The notes beneath the pieces are model-generated. The model worked only from the letters and a program-made list of their open reading frames with translations, was not told the origin of the DNA and ran no database searches. Made by a program: the position numbers and the translations under genes. A stretch of DNA of 12,392 nucleotides from an uncultured bacterium (lineage in GTDB: Bacteria > Zixibacteria > MSB-5A5 > UBA10806): positions 1 through 12,392 of the forward strand of contig CBEUCH010000030.1 of NCBI GenBank assembly GCA_965541585.1, in the 5' to 3' direction. Positions 1 through 6,831 of this stretch are shown here, piece after piece; the first letter of the stretch is position 1; each line of letters opens with the position of its first letter.

Positions 1-6
1 CTTCAT
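1..6 (-). CDS. Possible start (ATG AAG...) of a gene running off the left edge
   Basis: The minus strand reads CGGAGAAAAGTAGC-ATG-AAG, with a GGAG SD-like motif at 16-19. Only two codons are visible. Confidence 0.35.
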
Positions 7-200
7 GCTACTTTTCTCCGTGGTTTCTTGGTTGTATAAGTAATCTTGAGCGATTCTTAATAATAGTCCTCCCTTATGGATTGTTAAAAGCCTACATTTT
101 TTTTCAAACTATAATATTCTGCTAAAACAAATTCAATGGAACCATACCAAAAGAATAACGCCCCATTGGCTAATTTTTCCAAGTACTTCCTATCCGTTGC

Positions 201-228
201 AATATAATGATTTTCAATTCACTGTCAA
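201..228 (-). promoter_or_regulatory. Putative sigma70 promoter for the gene off the left edge
   Basis: Minus strand TTGACA (228-223), 16 nt, TATATT (206-201), in an AT-rich intergenic region. Confidence 0.5.
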
Positions 229-313
229 GGCTATTATTCATTCAACAGATCATTTTCCCGAATCAGCGATTTTGCAGATTTTTGTGTAATATGGAGTATA
301 TTACCCATTGTTA

Positions 314-1465
314 TTAGTCGAGACCGGGGGATTCGATTAGTCTTTCGTATTCGGCCATCGCAAATCTATCAGTCATCCCGGCAACATAATCGGCGACCAC
401 TTGATGCGCAGGTTCTTGTTTCAGCAGGGCCTCCACATGCGGCGGGAGGGTTTGCGGGTTATTTATATAGGCATTGAAAATCTCAGCGATTATCTTTCTG
501 GCTTTTTCAGCCATTCGTGCCATTTTATCATGCCGGTACATATTATCCTGAAGAAATCCTTCAAGCTGGTGGCTTTCCTTTTCCACAGAAGCTGAAAATT
601 TTAACAAGGGCCTGGAGTTACTGCGAATATCGTCTACGTTCCGGGGATCGATTTCCGCAATATTCGATCGGGACTGATCCACCAAGTCTGTCACCAAATC
701 GTTAATCAGTGCGCGCACAATAATATGACGTCGCATTCTGGCGTCGGCGTCCGGATAATCTTTCCTGACACGGTCTAAATGACGCTTCCAGATCGATACA
801 TCCTCGAGTTGTTCCTCCCAGATGATACCGGAGGCCAGGCCGTCGTCGACGTCGTGGCAGTCATAAGCGATCTCATCCGCTAGATTAACCACCTGGCATT
901 CCAGTGAAGGGCCACCATCGTCTTTCAGATCCGATTGTTTCTCCGGATTGTCATAAGAGGAATGATGTTTGAATATTCCTTCGCGAAGTTCATAGGTTAG
1001 GTTTAAACCCGGGAAATCGTGGTATCTTTTTTCAATGACCTCCACGACTCTGATACATTGACGGTTATGCTCGAATCCTCCGGTTTCCAGGAGGAGTTCA
1101 TTAAGGGCTTCCTCCCCGGAATGTCCGAACGGCGTATGTCCCAGGTCGTGCGCCAGAGATATAGCCTCGGTCAGATCTTCGTTTAAGCGTAGCGCCCGGG
1201 CAATCGAGCGAGCGATGATGGCTACCTCAAGACTATGCGTTAACCGCGTGCGATAATGGTCTCCCTCGTGATTTACAAATACCTGGGTTTTATATTCCAG
1301 TCTTCTGAATGCCGTGGAATGTACGATTCGGTCCCGGTCGCGCTGAAATTCAGTTCTGTAAGGATGTTTCGGTTCTGAGTACCTGCGGCCTCTCGATTCC
1401 CCGGATTTTATGGCGTAGTGGGCAAGTATCTGCCTCTCTCTTCTTTCTAATTCTTCCCTTAACAT
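314..1465 (-). CDS. dgt: Deoxyguanosinetriphosphate triphosphohydrolase (dGTPase, HD superfamily)
   Basis: Family motifs FQRDRDRIVHS, RRLEYKTQVF, RTRLTHSLEV, HDLGHTPFGHSGE, FEHN, ADEIAY and YVAGMTDRFA; 383 aa. Confidence 0.95.
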   Translation of the reverse strand: MLREELERRERQILAHYAIKSGESRGRRYSEPKHPYRTEFQRDRDRIVHSTAFRRLEYKTQVFVNHEGDHYRTRLTHSLEVAIIARSIARALRLNEDLTEAISLAHDLGHTPFGHSGEEALNELLLETGGFEHNRQCIRVVEVIEKRYHDFPGLNLTYELREGIFKHHSSYDNPEKQSDLKDDGGPSLECQVVNLADEIAYDCHDVDDGLASGIIWEEQLEDVSIWKRHLDRVRKDYPDADARMRRHIIVRALINDLVTDLVDQSRSNIAEIDPRNVDDIRSNSRPLLKFSASVEKESHQLEGFLQDNMYRHDKMARMAEKARKIIAEIFNAYINNPQTLPPHVEALLKQEPAHQVVADYVAGMTDRFAMAEYERLIESPGLD

Positions 1466-1471
1466 TACCGC

Positions 1472-2254
1472 TCAGCTCCCGAATGCAACCCCTATTACGA
1501 TGGTATCGTTAAGCCTGCTCACCGAATTGTATGACACAACCAATGTAATCGCTTTATAAGATAAATCAAGCCGTCCGAAGAAAACATTAGGACGATTCAG
1601 AAGACCTATCTGAATATCGATGGCATCCGAGATATCGATATATTGACCGAAAAGCCATCTGTTTCTATTGCTCTGAACCCTCTTCACGCTCGCGAATAGC
1701 TGGATGCCATTATTGAAAATACGGGATATGCAAGCCCAGGGTTTTGTACCTTTGCCGCCGAAAGTTTCATAATCACTCTTGAGATTAATACCGGATAAAC
1801 CCATAATACCAGTGAACCCCTGATATTTATATGAAAACCTGATACTCAGATCTGCTGAAGAATAATCCCCTGCCTGACCGAAGTCCTCCGTTTGAAGATT
1901 TCCGCTGGCGGCGGAGGAAATAGATTCGGTTATCCTGATCGCAGAGCCGAACGAATATGTATATCTTTTGTAATAGCCGTCCAGCCCGTAGGACCCAAAT
2001 TGGCCGAACAGGCCTGCCCGGCCAATTCCATACCTGACGATGGCATAATTCCAGTCTAACGAGCTGATTCCGTAAGGTTTCGCATGCAGGAATGTCGCCT
2101 CCGGGCCTCTTCGACAAAGCCTGGATGGTTCCAGATTGATGACCCTCGACGAATCCCCGGGAATATCGAATTGCCATAATATCATCTCGTCGAATCCTGA
2201 AGCCAGCAGGTTTGTAGAGTTCATCAAAGCGATTATAAACGCAATATATCTCAT
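1472..2254 (-). CDS. Hypothetical secreted protein, probable outer-membrane beta-barrel (PorV/PorP-like size class)
   Basis: N-terminal signal-like segment (MRYIAFIIALMNSTNLLA), many alternating amphipathic Gly/aromatic strands, and C-terminal ...IVIGVAFGS. It overlaps the upstream gene by 4 bp (ATGA). The family assignment is inference. Confidence 0.6.
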   Translation of the reverse strand: MRYIAFIIALMNSTNLLASGFDEMILWQFDIPGDSSRVINLEPSRLCRRGPEATFLHAKPYGISSLDWNYAIVRYGIGRAGLFGQFGSYGLDGYYKRYTYSFGSAIRITESISSAASGNLQTEDFGQAGDYSSADLSIRFSYKYQGFTGIMGLSGINLKSDYETFGGKGTKPWACISRIFNNGIQLFASVKRVQSNRNRWLFGQYIDISDAIDIQIGLLNRPNVFFGRLDLSYKAITLVVSYNSVSRLNDTIVIGVAFGS

Positions 2255-3111
2255 GGCGCCAGGACCACAGGTATGAATTTGCTACCGGTTTTTTGACCTG
2301 TCAGAAAAAATCCGATGATATACAGACCCGGAGACAACCGTTCGCCGTTGTGGTCACGACCGTCCCACTCAAAACTGCTAACTGCGGCATCGGACTCGTA
2401 ACGAAGATTTCTTATTTTCATAGCAGAGTCATCGAAAACATCAACCGTGATCTCAGTGCCTGCAGGAATGATGATATCAATTGCAAAATTATCATCAAAT
2501 CCGTCTCCGTCGGGAGTAATCAAGCGTGGTATAACGGAAATGCTGAGAACGCCTGCACCGCCTGCAGGGATGGATGAATTGGCTTGACCCGGTGTGGAAC
2601 CATCGGGATCGTAACAATCATGCCAACCGGAAAGATCATCGAAAAGATCATCTCTTTCAACAGAGCGGCCATCATCAGAAGGGGAATCCCAGGAAAAATA
2701 ATCGAGTAGATTACCTGAGGTGTCAGTCAGCGCGATTGATCCCTGGTTATTATTGAGGCCCATTCTAACATCGAAAGCAGGATAATTTTCGAATTCAGAA
2801 TCGCCCCATATGCCTGAGGAATCACCCCAATGTCCCTCAAAGGAATCGGAGCCATCCTCGGGCAATAGCTGACGGGCGAGTATTGCATAGGCACCGGCCT
2901 CCAGATACGAATAAGCCGGCAGGCGAGTCGTATCGGAGCCGGCAATCAACAGGAAATCGTGGAGATCCACAAGCGCATCCTGCCGGTTATAAACCTCCAC
3001 CCATTCGAGCCTGACCCTTCCCGACGGTTCGTTGGATAGGATTTCAGAGATTACAACCTGCCCGTAGGTATTTGCGCTCAACGAGAAGAATATGACAAGA
3101 GTCTTTACCAT
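2251..3111 (-). CDS. Secreted lamin-tail-domain (LTD) protein with C-terminal CHU_C/FlgD-Ig-like domain (type-B T9SS-CTD-like)
   Basis: Signal peptide; LTD motifs VVISEILSN, EWVEVYN, SVER and GSTPGQANS; C-terminal ITPDGDGFDDNF...VFD...WDGRDHNGERLSPGLYI. Confidence 0.8.
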   Translation of the reverse strand: MVKTLVIFFSLSANTYGQVVISEILSNEPSGRVRLEWVEVYNRQDALVDLHDFLLIAGSDTTRLPAYSYLEAGAYAILARQLLPEDGSDSFEGHWGDSSGIWGDSEFENYPAFDVRMGLNNNQGSIALTDTSGNLLDYFSWDSPSDDGRSVERDDLFDDLSGWHDCYDPDGSTPGQANSSIPAGGAGVLSISVIPRLITPDGDGFDDNFAIDIIIPAGTEITVDVFDDSAMKIRNLRYESDAAVSSFEWDGRDHNGERLSPGLYIIGFFLTGQKTGSKFIPVVLAP

Positions 3112-4637
3112 AAGCTTTCAACGACCAGGTACAACGGCCCCAGATCGCCTCTGTAGGAGTCATCCCATCTATAAGTAGCTTTTATGGAAAGAAACTTATC
3201 TATTCGCGTTCTTTCCTCGATAAAATAATCGAAATCTCCCGACAGGTTTCGTCGTGCTCTGCCGCTTATGGAAAAGCGAGACGTAACAGGCATCGAGACG
3301 TACAGGAAATACTTCGATTTATCTTTTTCGATTCGTTCCTGCTCCACCCACAAAGACATCAAAATTCCATATTCGATATGTTTCTGCAGGCTGGCGCCGA
3401 GTTCGACCAGGATGCGCTCGTTTTGTCTGTTATGTCGATCGGCATATCGAGCGATTGCCACCAGATCCGGTATTATCACAGGGCGGCGGGCCTGGATAGA
3501 ATTCTCGATGGCGATTGTCTGGTTGGGCGATTTCTTCCATATCTCGGTGGCGCCCGTAAACTCGATGCGTTCGACCGTGAAGCGTCTCTTAAGGAAAAGT
3601 CCGGTTTCACCTTTCTGGGGCTGCCTGAAAGACAGCTCGAATCGATCATCGCCGAAAGATTCGTAATCCGGGTGGGCAAATCCCGACGACTGCAAATTGA
3701 TAAAAGAATCATCATAATGCCAGAATCTGATATCATATCCGTATCTAAGGGCTTGAGCGCAAAAGCCTATCCCCGACTCTCCATAACCGAACTCCGATAT
3801 CAGTTTCCTGTCATCGCCTTGAATGAAAACGGATCCGGTTCCCAATGTCCTCGAAATATCATCAGATGATAATACCGTACCGGCGGCCGTCAAACCAACC
3901 GTAAAATCGCTAATTCCAATCGAAACGGAAGTGCCCACAAAACTCTTCTTAACATCATTATATTTCTTGATAGAATATATCAGGTTGAAATTATTTTTAT
4001 AGGATACAATCAGACCATTGTAATAGCTGTTATCCGGGAATAAGAACCCCTCCCCACGCCCCCGATCGGATTCATAAGATATCGGCCTGTAATCAAACCT
4101 TCCGATTCCCAGGCCGCAGCCTATACGGCTTGTGAAATTACCCAGCTTAATCCTGTAATCTCCGTGGGCAAAATTGATCGATCTGCGTTCAGTATTCCAG
4201 ACTCCATCCTCCTCTCGTCCCTTGAAGGCAATATCCATATCCCCGGTTGATCTTGTCAGCAGGAGGTATCCCTTATTCTTGCCTTCAAATATCTTTCTAC
4301 CGAATCTCACCCGCGCGGGCAATGCGAAGGATTTTGATGTCGCCGTTTCAGCTTTTAGAAATGATCGAGCATAGCTCTCAGAATAGATCGGGTTACTGAC
4401 CGTCTCTGTCGGAGGGGCTCCCATCGAGGAAACGATATATTCGACCGTATCGGATATCACTGCTCCTTCAGCCAGCTCCCTGTAAAGTTGATAGCTGTTA
4501 TAATCGAAATATCCAGCCCGAAAGAAAGATTCCCAATCCGATTCCGTCTGAATCTTATCGAACCACTGAGCAGTTGCCTGCGGCCCGATCAGTGTAAGAA
4601 TAATAAAGGTTTTTGAGATTAAAAAAAGTCGTCTCAC
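3105..4637 (-). CDS. Hypothetical secreted/outer-membrane protein resembling the barrel part of Bacteroidota 'helix-hairpin-helix domain' (ComEA-like) outer-membrane proteins
   Basis: GTG start and signal peptide ending ATA-Q. Motifs LGNFTSRIGCGLG, WHYDDSFIN and GETGLFL are recognised from memory of that family. The sequence is beta-rich with a terminal W and overlaps the next gene by 7 bp. No clear HhH motif is visible. Confidence 0.55.
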   Translation of the reverse strand: MRRLFLISKTFIILTLIGPQATAQWFDKIQTESDWESFFRAGYFDYNSYQLYRELAEGAVISDTVEYIVSSMGAPPTETVSNPIYSESYARSFLKAETATSKSFALPARVRFGRKIFEGKNKGYLLLTRSTGDMDIAFKGREEDGVWNTERRSINFAHGDYRIKLGNFTSRIGCGLGIGRFDYRPISYESDRGRGEGFLFPDNSYYNGLIVSYKNNFNLIYSIKKYNDVKKSFVGTSVSIGISDFTVGLTAAGTVLSSDDISRTLGTGSVFIQGDDRKLISEFGYGESGIGFCAQALRYGYDIRFWHYDDSFINLQSSGFAHPDYESFGDDRFELSFRQPQKGETGLFLKRRFTVERIEFTGATEIWKKSPNQTIAIENSIQARRPVIIPDLVAIARYADRHNRQNERILVELGASLQKHIEYGILMSLWVEQERIEKDKSKYFLYVSMPVTSRFSISGRARRNLSGDFDYFIEERTRIDKFLSIKATYRWDDSYRGDLGPLYLVVESLW

Positions 4638-4663
4638 CTCAAACCGTATTTATCCAGTTTGCG
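4615..4663. repeat. Direct repeat copy A of the activator-stop/next-gene-start junction
   Basis: Matches 6783-6831 at 46/49 positions. The core TCTCACCTCAAACCGTATTTATCCAGTTTGCG (4632-4663) is identical to 6800-6831. Confidence 0.95.
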
Positions 4664-4716
4664 GTAACTCGGACCGCCTTCTTTCTGTTGCCGCCGGCCT
4701 CGTTAAGTACTCTTAA
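4634..4716 (-). pseudogene. Relic 3' end (Fis HTH) of a sigma54 activator allele
   Basis: The minus strand translates LRVLNEAGGNRKKAVR, then a 25-nt deletion/frameshift, then YRKLDKYGLR*. The intact gene reads IRALDEANGNRKKAARILGIGERTLYRKLDKYGLR* at 6909-6802. Confidence 0.85.
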
Positions 4717-4736
4717 AGCCCTCGGAAAATCAATTC

Positions 4737-4769
4737 AAAAGAGGGGCTACCGAGGTTGCAGCCTCTTTG
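4737..4769 (-). terminator. Putative intrinsic terminator after the IPTL-CTERM gene
   Basis: Minus strand AAAGAGGCTGC-AACCTCG-GTAGCCCCTCTTTT: stem GGCUGC/GUAGCC, extendable with AAAGA/UCUUU, followed by a U-run, about 20 nt after the stop codon. Confidence 0.65.
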
Positions 4770-4790
4770 TTTATTTCTATGGGTGATCCT

Positions 4791-6563
4791 CTATGCGGCC
4801 TTGCTGATTACCGCCTTCCTTCTCCTCACAATCGCAACCGTCCCGATGGCCAACAGTAGCAGCGCCATAATGATCATCCCCCATTCGGAGAGGGTGGGGA
4901 TGTCTTGATGAGGATCGCAAACATCTCCGATACCATCACCGTTGGAATCGGCTTGATCTTCGTTATCAACATATGGACAATTGTCGCAGGCATCGCCATG
5001 GCTGTCATTATCCGAGTTCGTTTGATCAGGATTGTAAACATACGGACAGTTGTCTTCATCGAAGGGAATGCCATCCTCATCAATATCATAGATATCGCCT
5101 CCAAAAGCGCCCATATCGCTTCTTTCCTCACCTAAGCCCCAATCGCAATCGAGAATGTTATCCAGTATCGTAGGATCACCCGCATCGACACATGGGGAAT
5201 CATATGGATTTCCGCAGGTAGTGGACATCAGATGGAAATCGCCGTTTTCGAGATCACGGAAGAGGGGGTCAATATCTATATTCCCCTCGCCTTCCCAGCC
5301 CCCTCGAATATCGCTATATATAATTGCACTTGAAGATAATCCGTCAACATAAATCTCACGATTACCTTGCGCGTCGTTATACCAGATAATGGAATTAGCC
5401 ATTATCAAGCTGGAATACCACCTACAATATATTCCGCCGCCAATGTCGTTGGCCTTATTTTTGGCGATGGTATTGTTCTCGATCGTAGGATTGGATTGAC
5501 TAAAATAAACTCCGCCGCCGTAGTCCGCTGTGTTTCTCACAATCGTATTATTCTTTATTGTTGGAGTCGAATTATTAAGGCAGCATAATCCACCCCCATC
5601 GTGGGCTGAATTTTCAGCGATGAGATTATTAATGATCAACATACCACCGCTAAGAATACCACCGCCACGGTTGACGGCTGAATTCCCTATAACGATGTTG
5701 TTCATAATTGTGCCGTAAGCCGAAATCCCGCCGCCATCAAAGGCCGAATTTCCTATAATCATATTGTCCTTTATTGTTGCATTGCCGTATGTTCCGAATA
5801 TTCCGCCGCCCATAAAGTCGGCTGAATTGTAGGAGATCATATTGTTGATAATAAGACCGTTGCCATAAATCCCGCCGCCCATTCCGCCTTCATCTGGCGA
5901 CAAGGCTGAATTTCCGCTGATAGTATTGCCTGTGATTGTGCCATTGCCATAGATTCCACCACCCCGCCCCGAGGCTGAATTTCCGCTGATTCTATTATTG
6001 GTAATTGTAGGATAGGGATAATTTACACAATAAATTCCTCCCCCGTAATAGGCTACGTTTTCGTTGATAGTGTTATCGATGATCATTGCGTTTGAGTTAG
6101 AGCAATAGATTCCGCCACCCACCCCAATCCCATCAGATCTTGCCTCGTTTTCACGTATGACGTTATTGCTTATCAAAGGATCCGAACTATCGCAATAAAT
6201 CCCGCCGCCCTCGTCATCGTTATATCCACTCCGTATAGTAAAGCCAGTAATAACGGCGGTGCTGTCTTCGCCACTTTCAAACGTGACAACAGAGCCCGAA
6301 GAGTTGCCGTCAATGACTGTTGTCGAGACATATAAGATATCTCCTGTGGTAAGAAATAGCGAGCCGACTGTTATATTATGAGCGTCGAAATTAATATTCT
6401 CCACATATATCCCGGGGTGCACAAGCACCGTGTCGCCATCTATCGAAGCGTCTATACCTTGCTGGATAGTGGAATAATCATCGGGGATGTTGATGATGGT
6501 AGCTGAAACGGGCGAACGGGTAAAAACGACCAACGCAACAGCAAAAATGTATACTTTTTTCAC
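4791..6563 (-). CDS. Cell-surface protein: right-handed parallel beta-helix repeats + TSP type-3 Ca-binding repeats + IPTL-CTERM sorting signal
   Basis: Signal peptide; IPDDYSTIQQGID start; many NxIxxNSA..GGGI repeats; DEDGIPFDEDNCP/DNDSHGDACDNCP/DSNGDGIGDVCD repeats; C-terminal IPTLSEWG + TM helix + RRRK. GTG start with GGGAGG SD at 6574-6569. Confidence 0.9.
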   Translation of the reverse strand: MKKVYIFAVALVVFTRSPVSATIINIPDDYSTIQQGIDASIDGDTVLVHPGIYVENINFDAHNITVGSLFLTTGDILYVSTTVIDGNSSGSVVTFESGEDSTAVITGFTIRSGYNDDEGGGIYCDSSDPLISNNVIRENEARSDGIGVGGGIYCSNSNAMIIDNTINENVAYYGGGIYCVNYPYPTITNNRISGNSASGRGGGIYGNGTITGNTISGNSALSPDEGGMGGGIYGNGLIINNMISYNSADFMGGGIFGTYGNATIKDNMIIGNSAFDGGGISAYGTIMNNIVIGNSAVNRGGGILSGGMLIINNLIAENSAHDGGGLCCLNNSTPTIKNNTIVRNTADYGGGVYFSQSNPTIENNTIAKNKANDIGGGIYCRWYSSLIMANSIIWYNDAQGNREIYVDGLSSSAIIYSDIRGGWEGEGNIDIDPLFRDLENGDFHLMSTTCGNPYDSPCVDAGDPTILDNILDCDWGLGEERSDMGAFGGDIYDIDEDGIPFDEDNCPYVYNPDQTNSDNDSHGDACDNCPYVDNEDQADSNGDGIGDVCDPHQDIPTLSEWGMIIMALLLLAIGTVAIVRRRKAVISKAA

Positions 6564-6594
6564 ACAGTCCTCCCGCTCAATGGAGTCAATAATA

Positions 6595-6622
6595 ATAATA
6601 GGACATTCTCAGGGTTTGTCAA
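6595..6622 (-). promoter_or_regulatory. Putative sigma70 promoter of the IPTL-CTERM gene
   Basis: Minus strand TTGACA (6622-6617), 16 nt, TATTAT (6600-6595), about 30 nt upstream of the start codon. Confidence 0.6.
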
Positions 6623-6733
6623 GAGATTTCTGTTTTAGAGCTTCGCAGGGGAAAGAAATCGGGTCGTGCTCAAATATAGTGGCCTGGAGCCATGATTGCA
6701 AGGCTTTTTCGGGTGAAATAGGTTAGGCTACGC

Positions 6734-6805
6734 TCATTCTGAAGAGGGCATTATGGTGTTTTTTTCGAATATCATTAAAAAAGAGATCGAAAAAAGTCTT
6801 CTCAC
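6734..6805 (-). pseudogene. Relic 5' end of the 510-aa gene (MRRLFSIS..., 23 codons) overlapping the activator stop codon
   Basis: GTG AGA AGA CTT TTT TCG ATC TCT versus GTG AGA CGA CTT TTT TTA ATC TCA at 4637. It has the same GTGA overlap, and similarity ends after 8 codons. Confidence 0.75.
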
Positions 6806-6831
6806 CTCAAACCGTATTTATCCAGTTTGCG
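6783..6831. repeat. Direct repeat copy B of the activator-stop/next-gene-start junction
   Basis: 46/49 identical to 4615-4663, offset 2168 bp. Confidence 0.95.

Noticed and set aside
314..1465. dGTPase as an anti-phage defence gene
   Set aside because: It looks like the ordinary short housekeeping type within a core operon, and no defence-island neighbours are visible.
4615..6831. IS element, integron cassette or DGR explanation for the insertion
   Set aside because: I see no transposase, terminal inverted repeats, attC-like structure or reverse transcriptase, and the repeat mismatches are not adenine-specific.
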